Assembly: GCA_964016885.1 (NCBI GenBank)
Contig: OZ024745.1
Location: 15,934,001-15,998,000 of the forward strand
DNA from: Eledone cirrhosa
Lineage: Eukaryota
Length of the DNA: 64,000 nt
Reading direction: 5' to 3'
The notes under the pieces were generated by a model that saw only the letters and a list, made by a program, of their open reading frames with translations, searched no databases and was not told the origin of the DNA. This document shows positions 1 through 10,693 of the stretch, piece after piece. A program made the translations under genes and the position numbers. The stretch's first letter is position 1; each line of letters starts with the position of its first letter.

Positions 1-2
1 AT

Positions 3-1673
3 AACACAAACAAAGACACAACAAACAAAAAAATAACAGTTGAAAATAACATAATATCAGAAAACAAAGCAGACGACAAGATTTCTTTTGCACAGAAAAC
101 AAAGAAATCTTTGACTTATATAGCGGAAAACATTTCAGATGTGGTACGAAGGATCACGGACGCAAAACAATACATAAGTGAAGGTGAGAATGGTATTTTA
201 TTGGTAAAAATGCCTCAAGAATTCACGAAAGACATTGAAAGCCGAACGGTCAAGTTTCGGACCATCAACAACAGTACAAAAAAACCTGAACAGCCTTCTC
301 AAGCAGATATCAAAACAGTACTCGCAGAAGTACTGAATGAAACAACTTTCATAAGAAAAGACAGACTGTATGGAAGCCTAGCAATTATCATGAAGAACGA
401 ATCGGCGGCAAAAAAATGTGCTTTGTCACCGATTCGTTCGAAAAATTTCACCTTTTATCCATCTTATATGGGGAAAAAAACTCAACGCATATGGCTGGAT
501 GCAATGATGCCAGATGTGGACTACTGCTGGCTCATAGCTGGCTTCATCGATCCAGTGAATGACAACGTGATTTCCATTGGGAAAACCACAGGCAATGCGT
601 TCAGTGGAACAGGTATAGAGCTGGTAGTACAAATGAAGCCTGAACGCATCGCCCAAATACCCGACAGAATCCTATTAGAGGACCACGGGTATATAAACAT
701 TAGCGTGGAGGGGAGAAGGCCGTCCTGCCATATCTGTGCAGGCAGAGGGCACCTGAAGGCCGCTTGTCCCCAACTCAACAAAAAGAAAACCCTGCTACCA
801 ACACCAGCTCCACCACCACCACCACAACAGATAAACAAACAACAAAACTCAGTCCCACCCAACCCGTCCCTCAGTAACACCACAACACCACCACAACACA
901 AACAGTCACAACACATTACCCCAAAACAAAATACAGGCCCACCCAACCTCTCACTCAATAAAACAACACAACCACCGCAGACACAACACACAACACAGTC
1001 TAACATAGTGACATCCATCTCCCCCACAAAGAAAACCAACACGGAAACATTACCAGCAAACATACCTCTTCCCTCCAACACTGAAGATAACCCAACGAAT
1101 TCGGAGGAAGAAACGGAGTCCTTCAGACAGATTAAAAGGAAAAAAAGAAAACATGTGCAAAACACACAAGGACAAACAACCCCCACCCAAATCGCAACAC
1201 AATCTAACAAAACAGAAAACACCCCTCCAGCAACAAACAAAACCAAACCTGCCCCTCCCCTCTTCGAAACACTCACACCATCGGAAAAAAAGACATTACA
1301 CTATACTTACATCAACAGAAACAATAATAAATTAAATGAACTCATATACAATAATCCTTCGGTACAAACCGAAGGTGTAAACTTTGTTTCATCAGAAAAC
1401 CACCCACATTTAAAACTAATAAAAATCCCAATGAACCTCTACCAAAAACTAAAAAAGGATTTTAAGGAGGACGTAGGACCACCCTCTGTCAAACCCATAA
1501 ACCGCGTCCTACTAAAAAGCTTTCCCCCTCCCCTTCCCCTCCCCAACACAACTCCAAACACCCCAACCCCACCACACACCGACGACCCCACACCACCACA
1601 AGACACCCCTTCACCCAACACCCCCGACCCCATGGAAGTCGTGCAACCCGAACCCCGGGAAGCGGAAAGGTAG
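3..1673 (+). CDS. Tx1-like ORF1 (gag-like nucleic-acid-binding protein), 5'-partial
   Basis: CCHC knuckle CHICAGRGHLKAAC followed by a Pro/Thr/Gln-rich tail. The frame is open from base 3, so the TTG at 111 is probably not the true start. Confidence 0.85.
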   Translation, partial: NTNKDTTNKKITVENNIISENKADDKISFAQKTKKSLTYIAENISDVVRRITDAKQYISEGENGILLVKMPQEFTKDIESRTVKFRTINNSTKKPEQPSQADIKTVLAEVLNETTFIRKDRLYGSLAIIMKNESAAKKCALSPIRSKNFTFYPSYMGKKTQRIWLDAMMPDVDYCWLIAGFIDPVNDNVISIGKTTGNAFSGTGIELVVQMKPERIAQIPDRILLEDHGYINISVEGRRPSCHICAGRGHLKAACPQLNKKKTLLPTPAPPPPPQQINKQQNSVPPNPSLSNTTTPPQHKQSQHITPKQNTGPPNLSLNKTTQPPQTQHTTQSNIVTSISPTKKTNTETLPANIPLPSNTEDNPTNSEEETESFRQIKRKKRKHVQNTQGQTTPTQIATQSNKTENTPPATNKTKPAPPLFETLTPSEKKTLHYTYINRNNNKLNELIYNNPSVQTEGVNFVSSENHPHLKLIKIPMNLYQKLKKDFKEDVGPPSVKPINRVLLKSFPPPLPLPNTTPNTPTPPHTDDPTPPQDTPSPNTPDPMEVVQPEPREAER

Positions 1674-1706
1674 GTCTCTACACTCTCCTTTGGCTCTGCC
1701 GCCCAC

Positions 1707-4700
1707 ATGGATGTGTTAAGAGTAGGATGTTTGAATGCACGTGGCCTGGGCTCAACTTGGAAGCAAGCAAAGCTTCTAAATGACCTCAGGTCATGTAGTA
1801 TAAATGTAATGGTTATCTGTGAGACTCGAATCAGCGTCATGCGGCAGCTGGCCCCCACCTTCGATGACTTTGAGGTGCATGCATCTCTCTGTCAACCTGG
1901 AGGTGGGGGTGGGGTTGTCGTGCTGCTGCAAAAACACCTGGGTCTTGCCGTACAGGTTGTGCACTCGGACCCGGAGGGTCGTTTGTTGGTGCTAGACGTT
2001 GGCAGTAGTGAAAGTGCGGCCTTGAGACTGGTCGCCGTCTACTCCCCTTTCGGAGCTGAACGGCCCGACTTCTTCCAGCGTTTGGAGACTTTTCTGGGAA
2101 CGTCGCGTTCCCTGCTTCTAGCGGGGGATTGGAATGACATCCTAGATGCACGTTGGGACTATGCAGGAGCATGTCCTAATAGAGGGGGGTGTAACAGCCT
2201 CAAGGGGTTACTCGACCGTTTTAACTTGGTCGATAGATATCGACTAGATTTTCCAACTGTGCCTACCTGGACTTGGAGAAACCACAGTGGTCAATCTAGA
2301 TCGTACTTAGATAGATTCTTAGTTAGAAGTAAGGATAGGGACATATTAAGCTGTCCAGAAATGCGCACGGTTGGCTACACGGATCACAAATTAGTGACCT
2401 GCGTGGTCAATCTCGAGAAAACACATAGACAGGGTCCCGGTTACTGGAAACTTAATTTGTCTTTACCGGCAAAAGAGACTTACAGAAACCGGATTAGCAG
2501 ATTAGTTAAGGAGAGGTTGACGGGTGCAATCGTCAACAACCGATGGTGGGCATCTCTCAAAAGAGAGATTAGAACAGAATCAATAAGCTATAGCAAGATG
2601 TTAGCTGCCAATAGGAATAGAAACGAGAAAGAATTAACAGGTAAATTAGAAGAGGCAATCAAGAGCGAAGATGTGGCCAGAGTGCTGGCATCGAGGACGG
2701 CCTTGAACCAGTTTTTCGATGCAAAGCATGAAGGCTGCGTCATTCGAAGTAAAATACGTGCTCTAGGTAATGAGGGGGCCAAAGCCGTTGGATGGGCCCG
2801 CGTGACAGAAGCTAAAAGTGGAAATCGATCCACCATCCGGTCGTTGCAAGACGAAGATGGACGAGTGATCCGGGAGCCTAAGCAGATGTGCGAGGCCTTT
2901 CAAAAGCACTTTGCCCGATTGTTCGGGGGAGGCGAGGGTCCGGGCCGGGGCGTGAATTTCGGTCCATACCTCGACGGCCTGCCGCGTCTCTCGAACAAAG
3001 AGGCGGAGTCCTGCGAGGGACCAATCTCGGCTGATGAGATCGGAGATGCGCTGAGCCAATGCAGCAGACGCAAATCTCCAGGTCTCGATGGTATACCTTA
3101 CGAACTTTATTTAGCAATGCCGGTCTTCTTCTCCGAACTCCTCGAAGCGGTCTACTGCAATTGGCAGCAGAACGGGAGAATTCCTTGTTCTGTAGCCAAG
3201 GGCGTAGTCACGCTGGTGAGGAAGGACGAGAACAAGGGGGATAGTATAAATAATTTTCGGCCCATAACCCTGCTAAACACAGAGTTAAAGATTTTGGCCA
3301 AGGTGTTAGCAAAGAGGTTGGCGCTTGTCGTGGGTGGCCTGGTGGGAGATGCGCAGACATGTGCTATCCCATCCAGGTCCATTCACGATAACCTCCACCT
3401 CATGCGATACATCATAGAGAGGGTTGGCAACAAACCCGGCTTCGGTGGGGCCCTGATCAACTTGGATCAGTCTAAGGCCTTCGATAGGGTCGACCATGGT
3501 TACCTGGATGCGGTGCTAGCGGCGGCTGGGTTCGGTCCTGTTTTCAGAGGCTGGATCACTGCCCTACATAGCAACCACATCTGTTCTAGGATCAAGGTGA
3601 ACGGCTACCTTTCGAAGCCGTTCGAAATCACACGATCCATTCGACAGGGGTGCCCTCTCTCCTCCCTTCTGTACGTATTGACTCTCGAGCCTTTACTGAG
3701 GAAGTTGGAGTTGTTGCAGGGTATCCCCCTGGAACCAGGATTGAGCAAAGCGGTGTCGGCCTACGCCGATGACGTAACAGTAATGGTATCAACCGACTCG
3801 GAGATCGAGGCGATCGGTACCTTACTGGAGGAGTACGAAAGGTTGTCAGGAGCGAAACTGAACCGGGAAAAATCCATCGGGCTGCAACTCGGAACGTGGA
3901 GAGGCAGACCGATGCCTCCCGATGGTGTCGTCGGACACTGGACGGAGGGCCCGGTAAAGTTGCTTGGGGTCTGGTTTGGACCGGACCTCCAGGTGGAAAA
4001 GAACTGGAACGAGGTTACGAACAAGGTGTTTGCACTAACCCAGAAATGGGCCAAGTGTAAGCTGTCCCTAAAAGGCCGGGCGGAGGTGGCGAACATTTAC
4101 ATAGCGTCCGTCACTTACTACCGCCTGACTGTCGTGCCTTGCCCTAAGGAAACACTCACCACCATGGAACGCATGCTCTTCCAATTTCTTTGGAAGAAGC
4201 GTCCTCCTATGGTGAGAAGATCCATCTGCTGCCAACAACCTTCGAAAGGAGGGCTGGGGATGCCGTGGTTGATGATGCGTAGGCACGCATTAAGGCTACG
4301 GCACCTACAGGTATTCCTCACTGGTCAACCGGTGTGGGCTCCGTTCGTGAAACGAGCCTTTCCGAGACTCGTCTCACTCACCGAGCTACAGTCCTGGGTC
4401 AAGCAAAGATCCGGAAAACTGGGAGACTGGCACACTGAGTGTGCTCAGGCGCTCAGGGCTCTCTGGCAAGCGGGCCGGGCCATCGGTGGAGAATCCACCT
4501 CATCATTCTATAGAGGGCTGGTGGCTAGCAGGGGCGATGACACCCTTGGAGAGTCGCTGGACATGGAAGAAGACGAACTGGCCAGCCTGTTCGGTAGGAC
4601 TTTCGGCCCAGGACCAATGGACAACTTCCAGAAGTCACTGGCCTGGCAGTGCTACCGAGGGGCTCTACCCGTTCGAGAGAGGCTCTACAGACACGGGCGC

Positions 4701-5144
4701 CCGGGCAGGGATCCCTCAAAAAAGATTTGCCCTAGATGCGTGCGTCACGAAGAAACCGTGGCGCACGCATTGGTGCAATGTCCGGGCGTGGCTGATCTGT
4801 GGGGCTACGCCGAACAACTGCTGTCGCGGGTGGCGCCGATTAAATTGACAGCCGAGTCCGTGATGACAATCAAACCGCCTCCCCTCTTCACAAAGGAAGC
4901 AAAGGCGGTTTTTCTGTGCGTAATAGCCATGTTGAAAGAGGTTGTTTGGTGGACACGATTGAAAGGTCTGAGGTCAGGCAACTTCCTCTCTGGCCATAGT
5001 CTGGTCTACTTCTTCCGATATCACTTCGGAAGAAGGATAAGAATGGAGAGAGAGGTGCTTGGCCACAGGCAGTTTTATGAAAGGTGGGTGATAGTGGCGA
5101 GAATGGCTCGTGTAAATGGGCCTTCTCTGTATACCATCCTGTAG
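1707..5144 (+). CDS. Tx1-like ORF2: APE endonuclease, reverse transcriptase, C-terminal zinc finger (1145 aa)
   Basis: APE motifs LNARGL, GDWND, SYLDRF, TDHK; PGYWKLN; RT motifs SPGLDG, RPITLLN, DQSKAFDRVDH, IRQGCPLS, YADD; C-terminal CPRC...H...C. Confidence 0.95.
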   Translation: MDVLRVGCLNARGLGSTWKQAKLLNDLRSCSINVMVICETRISVMRQLAPTFDDFEVHASLCQPGGGGGVVVLLQKHLGLAVQVVHSDPEGRLLVLDVGSSESAALRLVAVYSPFGAERPDFFQRLETFLGTSRSLLLAGDWNDILDARWDYAGACPNRGGCNSLKGLLDRFNLVDRYRLDFPTVPTWTWRNHSGQSRSYLDRFLVRSKDRDILSCPEMRTVGYTDHKLVTCVVNLEKTHRQGPGYWKLNLSLPAKETYRNRISRLVKERLTGAIVNNRWWASLKREIRTESISYSKMLAANRNRNEKELTGKLEEAIKSEDVARVLASRTALNQFFDAKHEGCVIRSKIRALGNEGAKAVGWARVTEAKSGNRSTIRSLQDEDGRVIREPKQMCEAFQKHFARLFGGGEGPGRGVNFGPYLDGLPRLSNKEAESCEGPISADEIGDALSQCSRRKSPGLDGIPYELYLAMPVFFSELLEAVYCNWQQNGRIPCSVAKGVVTLVRKDENKGDSINNFRPITLLNTELKILAKVLAKRLALVVGGLVGDAQTCAIPSRSIHDNLHLMRYIIERVGNKPGFGGALINLDQSKAFDRVDHGYLDAVLAAAGFGPVFRGWITALHSNHICSRIKVNGYLSKPFEITRSIRQGCPLSSLLYVLTLEPLLRKLELLQGIPLEPGLSKAVSAYADDVTVMVSTDSEIEAIGTLLEEYERLSGAKLNREKSIGLQLGTWRGRPMPPDGVVGHWTEGPVKLLGVWFGPDLQVEKNWNEVTNKVFALTQKWAKCKLSLKGRAEVANIYIASVTYYRLTVVPCPKETLTTMERMLFQFLWKKRPPMVRRSICCQQPSKGGLGMPWLMMRRHALRLRHLQVFLTGQPVWAPFVKRAFPRLVSLTELQSWVKQRSGKLGDWHTECAQALRALWQAGRAIGGESTSSFYRGLVASRGDDTLGESLDMEEDELASLFGRTFGPGPMDNFQKSLAWQCYRGALPVRERLYRHGRPGRDPSKKICPRCVRHEETVAHALVQCPGVADLWGYAEQLLSRVAPIKLTAESVMTIKPPPLFTKEAKAVFLCVIAMLKEVVWWTRLKGLRSGNFLSGHSLVYFFRYHFGRRIRMEREVLGHRQFYERWVIVARMARVNGPSLYTIL

Positions 5145-5358
5145 GTAAAGAAGTAAAGGAGAGGGGAGCACCTTCTCCATGTGCTCCCCGGGCAAAGGAT
5201 TGCACACTTTTTCGGGGGTGTGTGCAACCCCCATCACGTCCCCTCCCTTTTGAGGTTATTTTCGATTATTTTCATGTTACACCCTTTTTACTCGATTATA
5301 TGTAAACTCCCCCTTTGTATTTGTCCCTTCTTTTTATGCCTTTATGGTAAATAAAGAA

Positions 5359-5412
<54 letters not shown>

Positions 5413-5432
5413 TTATTTATCTATCTATCTAT

Positions 5433-5629
5433 AAGAGAGGAAGGGAGTACTCACTCTTGGTGCCCCTGGAGATGAGGGTTGTATATTTTTTTCGGGGAGT
5501 GTACAACCCCTGTGTAACGTCTCCCTCCTATTGGGGATTTTAATTGTTATTTGTTGTTTTATTAATAGTTTTATTTTCATATACCTGTATGTAAACTCTC
5601 CATTTGTATTTGTCCCCTTCTTTAAAGAA

Positions 5630-5630
<1 letters not shown>
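5433..5630 (+). mobile_element. 5'-truncated Tx1-like 3' UTR copy
   Basis: Shares GGGTTG...CAACCC stem, CTATTGGGGA and TGTAAACTC...TTTGTATTTGTCCC with other copies; flanked by (CTAT)n on both sides. Confidence 0.75.
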
Positions 5631-5684
<54 letters not shown>

Positions 5685-5687
<3 letters not shown>

Positions 5688-6040
5688 AGAAGGAAAATCA
5701 GGGTGGAGTGAGAGGCACTGCACCCCAGTAAATTTACTGAAAGGTGGGTGAATGAAGCGAAAATGGCCCGAGTGATTGGGCCTTCTCTGTTTATAAGCCT
5801 GTAGGTTGAGGAAGAGAGCAAAAGGAAGAAAGGAGCACTTGCACAACACGCTCCTCGAGTTGAGGGTTGTTCTATCGACGGGGTATTAAACAACCCATTT
5901 GTGGCGCCTCCCCCCTATTGGGGATTTCGATTGTTGAAATTGTTTGTTTTTATATTTTTTACACGACTGTATGTAAAATCCCCGGCATGTCTTTGTATTG
6001 TCCCCTTTTCTTGTTGCGCCCTTGTGGCTAATAAAGAAAT
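5685..6040 (+). mobile_element. 5'-truncated Tx1-like copy (end of ORF2 plus 3' UTR)
   Basis: Degenerate ORF2 C-terminus (GAAAGGTGGGTG...AATGGCCCGAGTG...GGGCCTTCTCTG), 3' UTR, AATAAAGAAAT then CTATCTAT. Confidence 0.8.
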
Positions 6041-6185
6041 CTATCTATATATCTATCGACCGAGATAAATCACACCAAAACAAAAGTATGGAAACACATA
6101 GGGCACAAAAAAATATTGAACAAGAGAAAAACACAACTTCACAAATGAATTCCACAACCACAAATCAAGCAATTGAGAACTACAA

Positions 6186-6187
<2 letters not shown>

Positions 6188-6251
<64 letters not shown>

Positions 6252-6335
6252 CGACAACAATGACAATAACAACAACAACAGCAACAATGATGACAACAAC
6301 ACCAACAGCAGCAACAGTAATGACAACAACATCAA
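6188..6335 (+). repeat. (AAC)n tract encoding poly-Asn in the ORF1 N-terminus
   Basis: Direct repeat in frame with the ORF1 remnant. Confidence 0.85.
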
Positions 6336-6631
6336 CAAGATCAACTCCACAAACAAGGAAAAAAAGGTCTCGTTTGCACAAACTGTCCAAAAGACAGAAC
6401 TATATACACAGATTGACATCTCTAATGCCGGAGAATTGCTAAGAGATGCCAAGCAATACATAACTTTTGGGGAGAATAGCGCTTTTAGCATCACTTCTCC
6501 CCAAGAATTGCGTAGAGACACTGTCCTGAAAACTATAGTTTTTAGGACAATCTCAAATACCACCAGAAAACCAGCTCAATTAAGTCAAAACGAAATTGAG
6601 CTGGTTCCCATTGGTAACCCATTGACAAAGA

Positions 6632-9212
6632 CCAGGCTACTGGAAGCTGAACTTGTCGTTACCGACATGCAAAGCTTACAGTAGAAGGATTAGCACTTTA
6701 GTTAAACAGCACTTGACAGGGGCCATTGTCAACAACAGATGGTGGTACTCTCTTAAGAGGGCAGTTAGATTAGACTCGTTAGTTTTTTGTAAAGAATTAG
6801 CGTTAAATAGAAATAGGACCGAGAAGGAACTGATAGATAAAATAGAAGAGGCAATTAGAAGTGGCAACGTAGCCAGCGTGCTAGCAACGAGAACGGCCTT
6901 GGACCAGTTCTTCGACGCAAAGCACGAGGGCTGCGTTGTCAGAAACAAAATACGTGCTCTGGGTAACGAGGGAGCCAAAGCTGTGGGCTGGGCCCGGGTG
7001 ACGGAGACAAAAAGTAGCAACAAGTCCACGATTCGGTCTTTGAAGGACCAAGACGGACGCGTGATACGTGAGCCGAAGAAGATGTGCGCGGCCTTTCAGC
7101 GGCACTTTGCTCAGCTGTTCGGGTTGGGCGGCGCGCCGGGAGGGGCTATGGATTTCGGTCCATACCTCGACGGCCTACCGCGACTCTCGGACAGCGAGGC
7201 GAAGTTCTGCGAAAAGCCGATTTCAGCTGCTGAGATAGGAGACGCGCTGAGCCAATGCGGCAAACGCAAATCTCCAGGTCTCGACGGTCTACCCTACGAA
7301 TTTTACGTAGCAATACCGGACTTGTTCTCTGAACTCCTGGAAGCGGTCTACTGCAACTGGCAGCAGAACGGGAGAAATCCCAGTTCTGTGACTAGGGGCG
7401 TAGTCACACTAGTCAGGAAGGACGAGAATAAGGGGATGACATAGGTAACTTCCGGCCCATAACTCTGCTAAACACAGAGTTACAGATTTTGGCCAAGGTT
7501 TTGGCAAAGAGGCTGGCGTTGTCGTCGAAAACCTGGTGGGAGAAGCGCAGACATGCGCAATCCCGACCAGGTCCATACACGACAACCTACACCTCATGCG
7601 ATACATCATAGAGAGGGTAGGGTGTAAACCCGGCTTCGGTGGGGCCCTGATCAACTTGGATCAGTCTAAGTCCTTCGATAGGGTTGACCATCGTTACCTG
7701 GATGCAGTGCTCGAGGCGGCAGGCTTCGGACCCGTGTTCAGGGGCTGGATTGCTGCAATGCACAACAGCAACATCAGCTCAAGGGTCAAGGTGAACGGCT
7801 ACCTCTCAGAGCCGCTCCATATCACGCAATCCATTCGACAGGGATGCCCTCTCTCCTCCCTTCTGTACGTACTGACTCTCGAGTCACTACTGCGGAAGTT
7901 GGAGCTATTGCAGGGCATCCCTCTGGAACCAGGACTGCGGAAAGCGGCGTCGGCCTACGCCGACGACCACACAGTAATGGTGTCGAGCACCTCGCATATC
8001 GAGGAAGTTGGCACCTTACTGAAGGAATACGAAAGGTTCACAGGAGCGAAGCTGAAACGGGACAAGTCCATCGGTTTGCAACTCGGATCGTGGAGAGGCA
8101 AACCGATGCCTTCCTATCGCGGCGTCGGGCGCTGGACGGAAGTACCGGTAAAGCTGCTCGGGGTCTGGTTTGGTCCGGACCTCCAGGTGGAGAAGAACTG
8201 GAACGAGGTGACGGCCAAGGTGTTTGCACTCACCCAGAAGTGGGCCGAATGCAAACTATCCTTGAAAGGTCGAGCGGAGGTGGCGAACACTTTTATAGCG
8301 TCCGTCATCTACTATAGCTTGACCGTCGTGCCTTGTCCAGCCAAAACGCTCACCAAAATGGAGCGCGCGCTCTTCCACGTATTCCTCACCGGACAACCGG
8401 TGTGGGCCCCGTTCGTGAGGCGAGCATTCCCACGACTCGTCTCGTTGACCGAGCTGCAGTCCTGGGTAAAGAGAAGACCAAGGAAAATGGGCGACTGGCA
8501 CATCGAATGTTCTTCGGCGCTCTCAGTCCTCTGGCAGGCGAACCCGGCGATCAGTGGAGACTCCACTTCACCATTCTATAGAAGGTTGGTAGGCAGCAAG
8601 TGCGACGACGCGCTCGGAGAAACTCTAGGCGTAGAGGAAGACGAACTGGCCAGTCTGTTCGGAAGAACCTTCCGCCCGGGACCGATGGACAACTTCCAAA
8701 AGTCCCTGGCCTGGCAGTGCTACCGAGGAGCTCTACCAGTTTGAGACAAGCTCTACAGACACGGGCGCCCGGGCAGGGACCCTTCGAAAAAGATCTGTCC
8801 GATATGCGTGCGCAACGAGGAAACCATCGAGCACGCATTTGTACACTGCCCGGGCGTTACCGACCTGTTGGGCTATGTAGAACGACTATTGTCGCGGGTG
8901 GGACCAATCCAGTTGACCACCGAGTCCATTGTCATAATCCAACCGCCACCCTCTTTCAAAAACGAAGGAGAGGCGGTTTTCCTTTGTGTGATAGCTATGG
9001 AGAAAGAGGTTGTATGGTGGACGAGGTTAAAAGGGCTGAGGTCAGACACCTTTCTCTCCGGCCAACAACTGATTCTTTTTTTCAAATACCACTTTGGAAG
9101 AAGAATCAGGATGGAGAGAGAGGTGCTGTACCCCAGCAAGTTTTATGAAAGGTGGGTGAAAGTGGCGAGAATGGCCCGAGTGAATGGGCCTTCTCTCTAT
9201 ATCAGCCTGTAG
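6632..9212 (+). pseudogene. Disrupted Tx1-like ORF2 (RT plus zinc finger)
   Basis: Fragments 6653-7444, 7536-8744 and 8808-9212 are colinear with copy 1. Frameshifts near 7440-7520, an in-frame deletion near 8378 and a CGA>TGA stop at 8742. Confidence 0.9.
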
Positions 9213-9464
9213 GTTGAGGAAAATGAGGAAGTGAGGAAAGGGGTACAAACTCTTCGTACTCCTGGAGATGAGGGTTGCACATTTTTTTAGGGGGTATGTC
9301 TCCTTTTATTGGGGAAAATCGATTAACTTTTAAATTACATTTGTGATAATATTTTACACGTTTTTATTGTATGTAAACTTCCCCCTTTGTATTTGTCCCA
9401 TTCTTTTGTGCCCCTCTTGCTAATAAAGAAACATATCTATCTATCTATCTATCTATCTGCATAC

Positions 9465-9478
9465 ACACACACATACAC

Positions 9479-9524
<46 letters not shown>

Positions 9525-9535
9525 GCGCGCGCGCA

Positions 9536-9621
<86 letters not shown>

Positions 9622-9628
9622 CACACAC
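9465..9628. repeat. (CA)n/(CG)n compound microsatellite
   Basis: Visible directly. Confidence 0.95.
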
Positions 9629-9671
9629 ATATATGTTATATATGCTGGTCCCGTCAACTTATTATTATTGC

Positions 9672-9939
9672 CCTGGTGGTCAGGGTGGCCGTGGTATTTT
9701 GTGTGGTTTTCGCCACGAGTAACCCTCGGAGGTTTCCCCCCTATTGGGGAATTTTTCATTGTTTCAATTTTCATTTTTATTGTTTATATATATATACGTT
9801 TCTATGTCCTTTTTTTCTTTTCTTATATAAATAATAAAAATATTTACACGCACAAAACCCACATCGCACCGTCTTGTACCGTCCTGTGCCGTCCGTAATG
9901 TTTTTCTTTATGTCAGCCCTTGTGGCCAATAAAGAAATC
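9672..9939 (+). mobile_element. Tx1-related 3' UTR fragment ending in (ATT)n
   Basis: CCCCCCTATTGGGGAA and CCCTTGTGGCCAATAAAGAAATC match the Tx1 3' ends upstream, but the flanks are (ATT)n. Confidence 0.65.
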
Positions 9940-9963
9940 ATTATTATTATTATTATTATTATT

Positions 9964-10455
9964 ACAGCTGCATTTATCTTGCTTTATGTTCATGCGAGTT
10001 ATCACCAAGACACAACCAGTGACCTCAAGAAACAACAAGGTCCGCCATGTTCAAGAAAGAACATACATACTCAAACATGCATCTTTAGTGTTTAGACTTG
10101 TGATGTACTTATATTGACAGAATCTTCCTTAGTATATAGGCAGTTCCCATTAGTACTATCTTTTGTATTTCTCCTATACGCGGGTTTCCTGGGATTTGCG
10201 ATATGTAATCATTAGACCCCTTAGGTATCATTCCTAGAGCGCCTACAACCACTGGTATTGTTTTAGTTCTCAATTTCCACATTTTTCCAACTTCTATCTC
10301 CAGGTCCTTATACTTGCTCAATTTTTCAAATGTTTTTATAGATACATTCTTGTCTATTGGAACGGACATATCAATTAGCAGGCATACCCTCTTTTTAAAG
10401 TCCTTCAATATTATATCAGGTCTATTTGCATCTATTTTTCGGTATGTTTGGATGC
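9964..10455 (-). mobile_element. R4/Dong-like family A, 5'-truncated 3' fragment (RLE C-terminus)
   Basis: ORF 10109-10408 is nearly identical to the C-terminus of 15964-19614; (TAA)n tail. Confidence 0.9.
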
Positions 10456-10479
10456 CTTTTACTGGCCTTTCTCCACAAA

Positions 10480-10642
10480 TGTCCCTCGGAAGTCTTCCCC
10501 CTATTGGGGAATTTTTCTTTGTTATTTTATTTCAACCTCTGTTTTTTTTACACGCAGAAATGTCCTTTTGTACCGTCCTGTATTGTCCTGTACTGTCCTT
10601 AATGTCTACTTTATGTAAACCCTTGTGGTTAATAAAGAAAAC
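10480..10642 (+). mobile_element. Second Tx1-related 3' UTR fragment ending in (ATT)n
   Basis: CCCTCGGA...CCCCCTATTGGGGAATTTTTC...CCCTTGTGGTTAATAAAGAAAAC followed by (ATT)n. Confidence 0.65.
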
Positions 10643-10643
10643 A

Positions 10644-10674
<31 letters not shown>

Positions 10675-10693
10675 TATTATTATTATTGTTATT

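Larger units (their letters stand above)
1..5359 (+). mobile_element. Tx1-like (L1 group) non-LTR retrotransposon, apparently intact; 5' end lies outside the window
   Basis: Two consecutive ORFs (gag-like, then APE-RT), a structured 3' UTR, AATAAAGAAAT, then a (CTAT)n tract from ~5360. Confidence 0.9.
6057..9432 (+). mobile_element. Second Tx1-like element, internally deleted and inactivated
   Basis: ORF1 N-terminus (ATG 6088; SFAQ...DAKQYI..GEN matches copy 1) is joined near 6630 to ORF2 at PGYWKLN. Ends AATAAAGAAAC then (CTAT)n. Confidence 0.85.

Noticed and set aside
521-5305. Antisense and alternate-frame ORFs over the Tx1-like element
   Set aside because: Shadows of ORF1 and ORF2 with no recognisable motifs.
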